Positions 1 through 13,500 of a stretch of 64,000 bases of DNA are shown one piece after another. How positions within the stretch are numbered: the stretch's first letter is position 1; every line of letters begins with the position of its first letter. Position numbers and translations under genes: made by a program. Origin of the DNA: the human T2T-CHM13v2.0 reference genome, Homo sapiens; assembly GCF_009914755.1 (NCBI RefSeq), contig NC_060948.1. One strand, given 5' to 3'. The notes beneath the pieces were generated by a model. It was not told the origin of the DNA and made no database searches. It was given only the letters and a program-made list of their open reading frames with translations.

Positions 1-168
1 ATCAAAAGGAATGTAATCGAATGGATTGGACTGGAATGCAATGGATTCGAATAGATTGCAAACGGAATGCAAAGGAATGGAATGGAATAGTATGGAATGG
101 AATGGAAAGGAATGGAGTGGAATAGACTAGAGTGGAATGGAATGGACTGGAAAGCAATGGACTGGAAT

Positions 169-183
169 GGAACTTTCTTGAAT
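169..183. promoter_or_regulatory. Heat-shock element motif 1 (gGAActTTCttGAAt), at the same position in most units
   Basis: Exact match to the canonical HSF1 consensus nGAAnnTTCnnGAAn. Motif only; binding is not shown. Confidence 0.5.
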
Positions 184-2371
184 GGACTGGAATCAAACGG
201 AATGGAATGCAATGCAATCAAATGGCATGGAATAAAATAGAATGAAAGAGAATCAAATGGAATTGAATCGAATGGAATCGAATGGAATGGAATGGAATGG
301 ACTAGAATGGAATGGATTCGAATGGAAGGCAAAGGAATGGAATCTATTGGAATGGACTGTAATGGAATGGAATGGAAGGGATTGGAATGGACTCGAATGG
401 AATGGACTGCAATAGAAAGGATTCGAATGGAATGAAAAAGAATTGAATGGAATAGAACAGAATGGAATCAAATCGAATGAAATGGAATGGAATAGAAAGG
501 AATGGAATGAAATGGAATGGAAAGGATTCGAATGGAATGCAATCGAATGGAATGGAATCGAACGGAATGGAATAAAATGGAAGAAAACTGGCAAGAAATG
601 GAATCGAAATGAATGGAGTGTTATGGAACGGACTCAAAAGGAATTGAATGTAATAGAATGGAGTGGAGTGGACTCGAATATAATGGACTGGAATGGAATG
701 AAATCACATGGAATGGGAACGAGTGGAATGGAATGGAAAGGAATGGAATCGAATGGAAAGGAATCGAATGGAAGGGAATGAAATTGAATCAACAGGAATG
801 GAAGGGAATAGAATAGACGGTAATGGAATGGACTCGAATAGAATGGACACGAATGCTCAAATTGAATGGACTCGAATGGAATGGAAACGAAAGGAATGTC
901 ATCGAATGGAATTGAATCGATTGGAATGAAATTGCATAGAATGGAGTGGAATCAAATGGAATTGAATCGAAAGGAAAGGAAGCGAATGGACTGAAATGAA
1001 ATGGAATGGAATTGAATGGAAAGTAATGCAATGGAATAGAATGGAACGAAATTTCACGGAATGGAATCAAACTGAATGGAATCAAATCAATGGAATCCAA
1101 TCAAATGGAATGGAGTAGATTGGATTGGATGGGATTGGAATGAAATGTACTGGAAAGGACTCGAATTTCATGAAACGGAATGGAATGAATTGGAACGGAA
1201 TGGACTCGAATGGAATGGAATGTCATAGAATGGTATCAAATGGAATGGCATCAAATGGAATGGAATCGAATGCAATGGAATGCTATGGAATGGAATGGAA
1301 TGCATTGGAATGGAATGTCCTCTAATGGAATGGATTCGAGTGGAATGGAATCGAATATAATGGAGTCGAATGAAATGGAATTGAAAGGAATGGGATGGAA
1401 TACAATGGAATATACTGGAATGTAATGTAATGAACTCGAATGTAATTGACTGGAATGGAATGTACATGAGTGGAATGTAATCGAATGGAAAGTAATCCAA
1501 TGGAATAGAATCTAATGCAATAAAATCGACTCAGATAGAGTAGAATGTAATGGAATGGAGTGCAGTGCAATGGAATGGAATGGAATGGAATGCAATGGAA
1601 TGGAATGGAATGGAATGGAATGGAATGGAATGGGATGGAATGGTATGGAATGGATAGTAATGGACTGGAGTGAAATGGACTGGAAAGGAATGGACTCAAA
1701 TTGAAAGGTCTCGAAAGGAATGGAGTCAAATGGAATGGTCTGGAATGGAATGAACACGAATGTAATGCAATCCAATAGAATGGAATCGAATGGCATGGAA
1801 TATAAAGAAATGGAATCGAAGAGAATGGAAACAAATGGAATGGAATTGAATGGAATGGAATTGAATGGAATGTGAACGAATGTAGTGAAATTGTATGCAG
1901 TAGAAGAGAATAGAATGGAATGCAAGCGAAATGAAAGGAATGGATTGGAATGGAATGGAATTCATTGGAATGGAAGGGAATGTAGTGTAATGGACAGGCC
2001 TGGAATAAAGTGGAATGCTACGGTCTCGAATGGAATAAAAATGTATGGAATGGAATGCAATGAAACGGAATCGAATGTCATAGAATGTAATGGAATGCAA
2101 AAAAATGGAATCCAAAATCATTGAATGCAAAGGCTGGGTGTCGAAAGGAATTGACTCCAATGGAATGGAATCGAATGGAATGGAAGTGAATAGAATCGAA
2201 CTAAATCAAATGGAATGGAATTGATAGGAACGGAATGAAAAGGAATGCAATGATTTGGCATGAAATGGAATCGAATGGCATCGAATGGAATGGAATGGAA
2301 TGCAATGGAATGGAATGTATTAGAATGTAATGAACTTTAATGGAATGTACTCGAATGGATTCGACTGGAAT

Positions 2372-2386
2372 GGAATGTTCTGGAAG
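2372..2386. promoter_or_regulatory. Heat-shock element motif 2 (gGAAtgTTCtgGAAg), in all 18 units
   Basis: Exact match to nGAAnnTTCnnGAAn. Motif only. Confidence 0.5.
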
Positions 2387-2651
2387 TGAATGGACTCCAA
2401 TGGAATGGATTCAAAAGGAATGGAATCGTACGGAATGGAATCCAATGGAATGGAATTAAATGGAAATGAATCAAATTGAATAGCACGGAATTGAATTGAA
2501 TGGAATTGAATGCAATGGAATCTAATGAAACGGAAAGGAAAGGAATGGAATGGAATGGAATGGGCTGGAATGGAAAGGAATCGAAACGAATGGAATGGAA
2601 TCGAACTGAAGAGACTGGAATGGAATGCACTGGAATGGAAGGGAGTGTAAT

Positions 2652-2666
2652 GGAAGGTTCTCGAAA
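2652..2666. promoter_or_regulatory. Heat-shock element motif 3 (gGAAggTTCtcGAAa), in all 18 units
   Basis: Exact match to nGAAnnTTCnnGAAn. Motif only. Confidence 0.5.
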
Positions 2667-3510
2667 AAAATGGAATCGAATGAAATGCAATTGAATGGAA
2701 CGGAATAGAGTCGAATGGAATTGAATGGAATGGAATGGACTAGAGTGAAATGGAATCGAACCACAAGGAATGGACAGGAATAGAATGGTCTCGAATTGAA
2801 TGGAATCGTATGGAATGGCATCAAACGGAATGGAATGGACAGCCACGGAATGGAATGCACTCGAATGCAATGGAGTCGAAACTAATGGACTGGAATAGAA
2901 TGGACTCGACTGGTACGGACTCCAATGGAATGGAATCGAATGGAAGGGAATCGAACGGAATGGACTCGAAGGGAAAAGACTGCAATGGAAAGGTCTCGAA
3001 TGGAATGGAAATTAATGGAATGGAATGGAATCGAATGAAATGGAGTCGAAAGGAATGGAATCGAATGGCAAGAAATCGAATGTAATGGAATCGCAAGGAA
3101 TTGATGTGAACGGAACGGAATGGAATGGAATCCAAAGGAATGGAATAGAATGGAATGGAATCGAATGGAAAGGACTCGAATGGAAATCACTCGAATAGAA
3201 TACAATTTAATAAAATAGGATCAAATGTAATGGAATGGAATGGAAAGGAATCGAAACGAAAGGAATGGAGACAGATGGAATGGAATGGAACAGAGAGCAA
3301 TGGTATAGAATGGAATGGAATCATCTGGAATGGAATTGAATGGAATGGAATAATATGAAATGGAATGCAATGGAATGGAATGGAATGCCCTTGAATTAAA
3401 TGGACTGGAATGGAATGGACTCGAACAGAGTGGAATGGAAAGTGTTGAGATAGAATGGAATGGACTCCTTTGGAATGGTGTAGTATGCAATGCAATCGAC
3501 TGGCAGGGAA

Positions 3511-6500
3511 TCAAAAGGAATGTAATCGAATGGATTGGACTGGAATGCAATGGACTCGAATAGATTGGAAACGGAATGCAAAGGAATGGAATGGAATAGT
3601 ATGGAATGGAATGGAAAGGAATGGAGTGGAATAGACTAGAGTGGAATGGAATGGACTGGAAAGCAATGGACTGGAATGGAACTTTCTTGAATGGACTGGA
3701 ATCAAACGGAATGGAATGCAATGCAATCAAATGGCATGGAATAAAATAGAATGAAAGAGAATCAAATGGAATTGAATCGAATGGAATCGAATGGATTGGA
3801 AAGGAATAGAATGGAATGGAATGGAATTGACTCAAATGGAATGGACTAGAATGGAATGGATTCGAATGGAAGGCAAAGGAATGGAATATATTGGAATGGA
3901 CTGTAATGGAATGGAATGGAAGGGATTGGAATGGACTCGAATGGAATGGACTGCAATAGAAAGGATTCGAATGGAATGAAAAAGATTTGAATGGAATAGA
4001 ACAGAATGGAATCAAATCGAATGAAATGGAATGGAATAGAAAGGAATGGAATGAAATGGAATGGAAAGGATTCGAATGGAATGCAATCGAATGGAATGGA
4101 ATCGAACGGAATGGAATAAAATGGAAGAAAACTGGCAAGAAATGGAATCGAAATGAATGGAGTGTTATGGAACGGACTCAAAAGGAATTGAATGTAATAG
4201 AATGGAGTGGAGTGGACTCGAATATAATGGACTGGAATGGAATGAAATCACATGGAATGGGAACGAATGGAATGGAATGGAAAGGAATGGAATCGAATGG
4301 AAAGGAATCGAATGGAAGGGAATGAAATTGAATCAACAGGAATGGAAGGGAATAGAATAGACGGTAATGGAATGGACTCGAATAGAATGGACACGAATGC
4401 TCAAATTGAATGGACTCGAATGGAATGGAAAAGAAAGGAATGTCATCGAATGGAATTGAATCGATTGGAATGAAATCACTTAGAATCGAGTGGAATCAAA
4501 TGGAATTGAATCGAAAGGAAAGGAAGCGAATGGACTGAAATGAAATGGAATGGAATTGAATGGAAAGTAATGCAATGGAATAGAATGGAACGAAATTTCA
4601 CGGAATGGAATCAAACTGAATGGAATCAAATCAATGGATTCTAATCAAATGGAATGGAAAGGAATTGAATGGAGTAGATTGGATTGGATGGGATTGGAAT
4701 GAAATGTACTGGAAAGGACTCGAATTTCATGAAACGGAATGGAATGAATTGGAACGGAATGGACTCGAATGGAATGGAATGTCATGGAATGGCATCAAAT
4801 GGAATGGCATCAAATGGAATGGAATCGAATGCAATGGAATGTTATGGAATGGAATGGAATGCATTGGAATGGAATGTCCTCTAATGGAATGGATTCGAGT
4901 GGAATGGAATCGAATATAATGGAGTCGAATGAAATGGAATTGAAAGGAATGGGATCGAATACAATAGAATATACTGGAATGTAATGTAATGAACTCGAAT
5001 GTAATTGACTGGAATGGAATGTACATGAATGGAATGTAATCGAATGGAAAGTAATCCAATGGAATAGAATCTAATGCAATAAAACCGACTCAGATAGAGT
5101 AGAATGTAATGGAATGGAGTGCAGTGCAATGGTATGGAATGGAATTGAATGCAATGGAATGGAATGGAATGGAATGGAATGGAATGGAATGGAATGGAAT
5201 GGGATGGAATGGTATGGAATGGATAGTAATGGACTGGAGTGAAATGGACTGGAAAGGAATGGACTCAAATTGAAAGGGCTCGAAAGGAATGGAGTCAAAT
5301 GGAATGGTCTGGAATGGAATGAACACGAATGTAATGCAACCCAATAGAATGGAATCGAATGGCATGGAATATAAAGAAATGGAATCGAAGAGAATGGAAA
5401 CAAATGGAATGGAATTGAATGGAATGGAATTGAATGGAATGGGAACGAATGGAGTGAAATTGTATGCAGTAGAAGAGAATAGAATGGAATGCAAGCGAAA
5501 GGAAAGGAATGGATTGGAATGGAATGGAATTCATTGGAATGGAAGGGAATGTAGTGTAATGGACAGGCCTGGAATAAAGTGGAATGCTACGGTCTCGAAT
5601 GGAATAAAAATGTATGGAATGGAATGCAATGAAACGGAATCGAATGTCATAGAATGTAATGGAATGCAAAAAAATGGAATCCAAAATCATTGACTGGAAA
5701 GGCTTGGTGTCGAAAGGAATTGACTCCAATGGAATGGAATCGAATGGAATGGAAGTGAATAGAATCGAACTAAATCGAATGGAATGGAATTGATAGGAAC
5801 GGAATGGAAAGGAATGCAATGATTTGGCATGGAATGGAATCGAATGGCATCGAATGGAATGGAATGGAATGCAATGGAATGGAATGTATTAGAATGTAAT
5901 GAACTTTAATGGAATGTACTCGAATGGATTCGACTGGAATGGAATGTTCTGGAAGTGAATGGACTCCAATGGAATGGATTCAAAAGGAATGGAATCGTAC
6001 GGAATGGAATCTAATGGAATGGAATTAAATGGAAATGAATCAAATTGAATAGCACGGAATTGAATTGAATGGAATGGAATGCAATGGAATCTAATGAAAC
6101 GGAAAGGAAAGGAATGGAATGGAATGGAATGGGCTGGAATGGAAAGGAATCGAAACGAATGGAATGGAATCGAACTGAAGAGACTGGAATGGAATGCACT
6201 GGAATGGAAGGGAGTGTAATGGAAGGTTCTCGAAAAAAATGGAATCGAATGGAATGGAATTGAATGGAACGGAATAGAGTCGAATGGAATTGAATGGAAT
6301 GGAATGGACTAGAGTGAAATGGAATCGAACCACAAGGAATGGACAGGAATAGAATGGTCTCGAATTGAATGGGATCGTATGGAATGGCATCAAACGGAAT
6401 GGAATGGACAGCCACGGAATGGAATGCACTCGAATGCAATGGAGTCGAAACTAATGGACTGGAATAGAATGGACTCGACTGGTACGGACTCCAATGGAAT

Positions 6501-7069
6501 GGAATCGAATGGAAGGGAATCGAACGGAATGGACTCGAAGGGAAAAGACTGCAATGGAAAGGTCTCGAATGGAATGGAAATTAATGGAATGGAATGGAAT
6601 CGAATGAAATGGAGTCAAAAGGAATGGAATCGAATGGCAAGAAATCGAATGTAATGGAATCGCAAGGAATTGATGTGAACGGAACGGAATGGAATGGAAT
6701 CCAAAGGAATGGAATAGAATGGAATGGAATCGAATGGAAAGGACTCGAATGGAAATCACTCGAATAGAATGCAATTTAATAAAATAGGATCAAATGTAAT
6801 GGAATGGAATGGAAAGGAATCGAAACGAAAGGAATGGAGACAGATGGAATGGAATGGAACAGAGAGCAATGGTATAGAATGGAATGGAATCATCTGGAAT
6901 GGAATTGAATGGAATGGAATAATATGAAATGGAATGGAATGGAATGGAATGGAATGCCCTTGAATTAAATGGACTGGACTCGAACAGAGTGGAATGGAAA
7001 GTGTTGAGATAGAATGGAATGGACTCCTTTGGAATGGTGTAGTATGCAATGCAATCGACTGGCATGGAA
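3511..7069 (+). repeat. DYZ1 unit 2 (3559 bp)
   Basis: Anchor spacing 3511 to 7070. Confidence 0.9.
5430..5583 (+). other. DYZ1 sexing-PCR amplicon (Y1.2/Y1.1 primer sites), example copy in unit 2
   Basis: TTGAATGGAATGGGAACGAATGG at 5430-5452 and GGACAGGCCTGGAATAAAGTGGA at 5561-5583 give a 154 bp span. Primer identities are recalled from memory, not looked up. Confidence 0.75.
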
Positions 7070-10000
7070 TCAAAAGGAATGTAATCGAATGGATTGGACT
7101 GGAATGCAATGGACTCGAATAGATTGGAAACGGAATGCAAAGGAATGGAATGGAATAGTATGGAATGGAATGGAAAGGAATGGAGTGGAATAGACTAGAG
7201 TGGAATGGAATGGACTGGAAAGCAATGGACTGGAATGGAACTTTCTTGAATGGACTGGAATCAAACGGAATGGAATGCAATGCAATCAAATGGCATGGAA
7301 TAAAATAGAATGAAAGAGAATCAAATGGAATTGAATCGAATGGAATCGAATGGATTGGAAAGGAATAGAATGGAATGGAATGGAATTGACTCAAATGGAA
7401 TGGACTAGAATGGAATGGATTCGAATGGAAGGCAAAGGAATGGAATCTATTGGAATGGACTGTAATGGAATGGAATGGAAGGGATTGGAATGGACTCGAA
7501 TGGAATGGACTGCAATAGAAAGGATTCGAATGGAATGAAAAAGAATTGAATGGAATAGAACAGAATGGAATCAAATCGAATGAAATGGAATGGAATAGAA
7601 AGGAATGGAATGAAATGGAATGGAAAGGATTCGAATGGAATGCAATCGAATGGAATGGAATAAAATGGAAGAAAACAGGCAAGAAATGGAATCGAAAGGA
7701 ATGGAGTGTTATGGAACGGACTCAAAAGGAATTGAATGTAATAGAATGGAGTGGAGTGGACTCGAATATAATGGACTGGAATGGAATGAAATCACATGGA
7801 ATGGGAACGAATGGAATGGAATGGAAAGGAATGGAATCGAATGGAAAGGAATCGAATGGAAGGGAATGAAATTGAATCAACAGGAATGGAAGGGAATAGA
7901 ATAGACGGTAATGGAATGGACTCGAATAGAATGGACACGAATGCTCAAATTGAATGGACTCGAATGGAATGGAAACGAAAGGAATGTCATCGAATGGAAT
8001 TGAATCGATTGGAATGAAATCGCATAGAATGGAGTGGAATCAAATGGAATTGAATCGAAAGGAAAGGAAGCGAATGGACTGAAATGAAATGGAATGGAAT
8101 TGAATGGAAAGTAATGCAATGGAATAGAATGGAACGAAATTTCACGGAATGGAATCAAACTGAATGGAATCAAATCAATGGAATATAATCAAATGGAATG
8201 GAAAGGAATTGAATGGAGTAGATTGGATTGGATGGGATTGGAATGAAATGTACTGGAAAGGACTCGAATTTCATGAAACGGAATGGAATGAATTGGAACG
8301 GAATGGACTCGAATGGAATGGAATGTCATGGAATGGCATCAAATGGAATGGCATCAAATGGAATGGAATCGAATGCAATGGAATGCTATGGAATGGAATG
8401 GAATGCATTGGAATGGAATGTCCTCTAATGGAATGGATTCGAGTGGAATGGAATCGAATATAATGGAGTCGAATGAAATGGAATTGAAAGGAATGGGATC
8501 GAATACAATGGAATATACTGGAATGTAATGTAATGAACTCGAATGTAATTGACTGGAATGGAATGTACATGAATGGAATGTAATCGAATGGAAAGTAATC
8601 CAATGGAATAGAATCTAATGCAATAAAATCGACTCAGATAGAGTAGAATGTAATGGAATGGAGTGCAGTGCAATGGAATGGAATGGAATGGAATGCAATG
8701 TAATGGAATGGAATGGAATGGAATAGAATGGGATGGAATGGTATGGAATGGACAGTAATGGACTGGAGTGAAATGGACTGGAAAGGAATGGACTCAAATT
8801 GAAAGGGCTCGAAAGGAATAGAGACAAATGGAATGGTCTGGAATGGAATGAACACGAATGTAATGCAATCCAATAGAATGGAGTCGAATGGCATGGAATA
8901 TAAAGAAATGGAATCGAAGAGAATGGAAACAAATGGAATGGAATTGAATGGAATGGAATTGAATGGAATGGGAACGAATGGAGTGAAATTTTATGCAGTA
9001 GAAGAGAATAGAATGGAATGCAAGAGAAACGAAAGGAATGGATTGGAATGGAATGGAATTCATTGGAATGGAATGGAATGTAGTGTAATGGACAGGCCTG
9101 GAATAAAGTGGAATGCTACGGTCTCGAATGGAATAAAAATGTATGGAATGGAATGCAATGAAACGGAATCGAATGTCATAGAATGTAATGGAATGCAAAA
9201 AAATGGAATCCAAAATCATTGACTGGAAAGGCTGGGTGTCAAAAGGAATTGACTCCAATGGAATGGAATCGAATGGAATGGAAGTGAATAGAATCGAACT
9301 AAATCGAATGGAATGGAATTGATAGGAACGGAATGGAAAGGAATGCAATGATTTGGCATGGAATGGAATCGAATGGCATCGAATGGAATGGAATGGAATG
9401 CAATGGAATGGAATGTATTAGAATGAAATGAACTTTAATGGAATGTACTCGAATGGATTCGACTGGAATGGAATGTTCTGGAAGTGAATGGACTCCAATG
9501 GAATGGATTCAAAAGGAATGGAATCGTACGGAATGGAATCTAATGGAATGGAATTAAATGGAAATGAATCAAATTGAATAGCACGGAATTGAATTGAATG
9601 GAATGGAATGCAATGGAATCTAATAAAACGGAAAGGAAAGGAATGGAATGGAATGGAATGGGCTGGAATGGAAAGGAATCGAAACGAATGGAATGGAATC
9701 GAACTGAAGAGACTGGAATGGAATGCACTGGAATGGAAGGGAGTGTAATGGAAGGTTCTCGAAAAAAATGGAATCGAATGGAATGGAATTGAATGGAACG
9801 GAATAGAGTCGAATGGAATTGAATGGAATGGAATGGACTAGAGTGAAATGGAATCGAACCACAAGGAATGGACAGGAATAGAATGGTCTCGAATTGAATG
9901 GGATCGTATGGAATGGCATCAAACGGAATGGAATGGAGAGCCACGGAATGGAATGCACTCGAATGCAATGGAGTCGAAACTAATGGACTGGAATAGAATG

Positions 10001-10598
10001 GACTCGACTGGTACGGACTCCAATGGAATGGAATCGAATGGAAGGGAATCGAACGGAATGGACTCGAAGGGAAAAGACTGCAATGGAAAGGTCTCGAATG
10101 GAATGGAAATTAATGGAATGGATTGGAATCGAATGAAATGGAGTCAAAAGGAATGGAATCGAATGGCAAGAAATCGAATGTAATGGAATCGCAAGGAATT
10201 GATGTGAACGGAACGGAATGGAATGGAATCCAAAGGAATGGAATAGAATGGAATGGAATCGAATGGAAAGGACTCGAATGGAAATCACTCGAATAGAATG
10301 CAATTTAATAAAATAGGATCAAATGTAATGGAATGGAATGGAAAGGAATCGAAACGAAAGGAATGGAGACAGATGGAATGGAATGGAACAGAGAGCAATG
10401 GTATAGAATGGAATGGAATCATCTGGAATGGAATTGAATGGAATGGAATAATATGAAATGGAATGGAATGGAATGGAATGGAATGCCCTTGAATTAAATG
10501 GACTGGACTCGAACAGAGTGGAATGGAAAGTGTTGAGATAGAATGGAATGGACTCCTTTGGAATGGTGTAGTATGCAATGCAATCGACTGGCATGGAA
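7070..10598 (+). repeat. DYZ1 unit 3 (3529 bp)
   Basis: Anchor spacing 7070 to 10599. Confidence 0.9.
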
Positions 10599-13500
10599 TC
10601 AAAAGGAATGTAATGGAATGGATTGGACTGGAATGCAATGGACTCGAATAGATTGGAAACGGAATGCAAAGGAATGGAATGGAATAGTATGGAATGGAAT
10701 GGAAAGGAATCGAGTGGAATAGACTAGAGTGGAATGGAATGGACTGGAAAGCAATGGACTGGAATGGAACTTTCTTGAATGGACTGGAATCAAACGGAAT
10801 GGAATGCAATGCAATCAAATGGCATGGAATAAAATAGAATGAAAGAGAATCAAATGGAATTGAATTGAATGGAATCGAATGGATTGGAAAGGAATAGAAT
10901 GGAATGGAATGGAATTGACTCAAATGGAATGGACTAGAATGGAATGGATTCGAATGGAAGGCAAAGGAATGGAATCTATTGGAATGGACTGTAATGGAAT
11001 GGAATGGAAGGGATTGGAATGGACTCGAATGGAATGGACTGCAATAGAAAGGATTCGAATGGAATGAAAAAGAATTGAATGGAATAGAACAGAATGGAAT
11101 CAAATCGAATGAAATGGAATGGAATAGAAAGGAATGGAATGAAATGGAATGGAAAGGATTCGAATGGAATGCAATCGAATGGAATGGAATCGAACGGAAT
11201 GGAATAAAATGGAAGAAAACTGGCAAGAAATGGAATCGAAAGGAATGGAGTGTTATGGAACGGACTCAAAAGGAATTGAATGTAATAGAATGGAGTGGAG
11301 TGGACTCGAATATAATGGACTGGAATGGAATGAAATCACATGGAATGGGAACGAATGGAATGGAATGGAAAGGAATGGAATCGAATGGAAAGGAATCAAA
11401 TGGAAGGGAATGAAATTGAATCAACAGGAATGGAAGGGAATAGAATAGACGGTAATGGAATGGACTCGAATAGAATGGACACGAATGCTCAAATTGAATG
11501 GACTCGAATGGAATGGAAACGAAAGGAATGTCATCGAATGGAATTGAATCGATTGGAATGAAATCGCATAGAATGGAGTGGAATCAAATGGAATTGAATC
11601 GAAAGGAAAGGAAGCGAATGGACTGAAATAAAATGGAATGGAATTGAATGGAAAGTAATGCAATGGAATAGAAGGGAACGAAATTTCACGGAATGGAATC
11701 AAACTGAATGGAATCAAATCAATGGAATCAAATCAAACGGAATGGAAAGGAATTGAATGGAGTAGATTGGATTGGATGGGATTGGAATGTAATGTACTGG
11801 AAAGGACTCGAATTTCATGAAACGGAATGGAATGAATTGGAACGGAATGGACTCGAATGGAATGGAATGTCATGGAATGGCATCAAATGGAATGGCATCA
11901 AATGGAATGGAATCGAATGCAATGGAATGCTATGGAATGGAATGGAATGCATTGGAATGGAATGTCCTCTAATGGAATGGATTCGAGTGGAATGGAATCG
12001 AATATAATGGAGTCGAATGAAATGGAATTGAAAGGAATGGGATCGAATACAATGGAATATACTGGAATGTAATGTAATGAACTCGAATGTAATTGACTGG
12101 AATGGAATGTACATGAATGGAATGTAATCGAAAGGAAAGTAATCCAATGGAATAGAATCTAATGCAGTAAAATCGACTCAGATAGAGTAGAATGTAATGG
12201 AATGGAGTGCAGTGCAATGCAATGGAATGGAATGGAATGCAATGGAATGGAATGGAATGGAATGGAATGGAATGGAATGGAATGGAATGGGATGGAATGG
12301 TATGGAATGGATAGTAATGGACTGGAGTGAAATGGACTGCAAAGGAATGGACTCAAATTGAAAGGGCTCGAAAGGAATGGAGTCAAATGGAATGGTCTGG
12401 AATGGAATGAACACGAATGTAATGCAATCCAATAGAATGGAATCGAATGGCATGGAATATAAAGAAATGGAATCGAAGAGAATGGAAACAAATGGAATGG
12501 AATTGAATGGAATGGAATTGAATGGAATGGGAACGAATGGAGTGAAATTGTATGCAGTAGAAGGGAATAGAATGGAATGCAAGCGAAAGGAAAGGAATGG
12601 ATTGGAATGGAATGGAATTCATTGGAATGGAAGGGAATGTAGTGTAATGGACAGGCCTGGAATAAAGTGGAATGCTACGGTCTCAAATGGAATAAAAATG
12701 TATGGAATGGAATGCAATGAAACGGAATCGAATGTCATAGAATGTAATGGAATGCAAAAAAATGGAATCCAAAATCATTGACTGGAAAGGCTGGGTGTCG
12801 AAAGGAATTGACTCCAATGGAATGGAATCGAATGGAGTGGAAGTGAATAGAATCGAACTAAATCGAATGGAATGGAATTGATAGGAACGGAATGGAAAGG
12901 AATGCAATGATTTGGCATGGAATGGAATCGAATGGCATCGAATGGAATGGAATGGAATGCAATGGAATGGAACGTATTAGAATGTAATGAACTTTAATGG
13001 AATGTACTCGAATGGATTCGACTGGAATGGAATGTTCTGGAAGTGAATGGACTCCAATGGAATGGATTCAAAAGGAATGGAATCGTACGGAATGGAATCT
13101 AATGGAATGGAATTAAATGGAAATGAATCAAATTGAATAGCATGGAATTGAATTGAATGGAATCGAATGCAATGGAATCTAATGAAACGGAAAGGAAAGG
13201 AATGGAATGGAATGGAATGGGCTGGAATGGAAAGGAATCGAAACGAATGGAACGGAATCGAACTGAAGAGACTGGAATGGAATGCACTGGAATGGAAGGG
13301 AGTGTAATGGAAGGTTCTCGAAAAAAATGGAATCGAATGGAATGGAATTGAATGGAACGGAATAGAGTCGAATGGAATTGAATGGAATGGAATGGACTAG
13401 AGTGAAATGGAATCGAACCACAAGGAATGGACAGGAATAGAATGGTCTCGAATTGAATGGAATCGTATGGAATGGCATCAAACGGAATGGAATGGACAGC

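Larger units (their letters stand above)
2..3510 (+). repeat. DYZ1 unit 1 (3509 bp, shortest; 35-bp and 15-bp deletions, many private variants)
   Basis: Anchor TCAAAAGGAATGTAAT at 2 and 3511. EcoRI 1958-1963, HaeIII 1997-2000. Confidence 0.9.

Noticed and set aside
443-781. Plus-strand 112-aa ORF conserved in nearly every unit (MEWNG-like), and similar ORFs
   Set aside because: Conservation simply reflects unit identity. Overlapping ORFs in all frames are expected from (GGAAT)n.
1045-1175. Further partial HSEs (GAAatTTCacGGA; TTCatGAA)
   Set aside because: Only two perfect units each, so not counted.
2125-2150. GC-richer islands such as AAGGCTGGGTGTCG as Alu or other insertion remnants
   Set aside because: Too short, remain in pentamer register and lack target-site duplications. 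Best read as diverged pentamers.
3205-3220. AATAAA hexamers (several per unit) as polyadenylation signals
   Set aside because: They arise easily from GGAAT variants, and there is no clear downstream GU/U-rich element or transcript evidence in the sequence.
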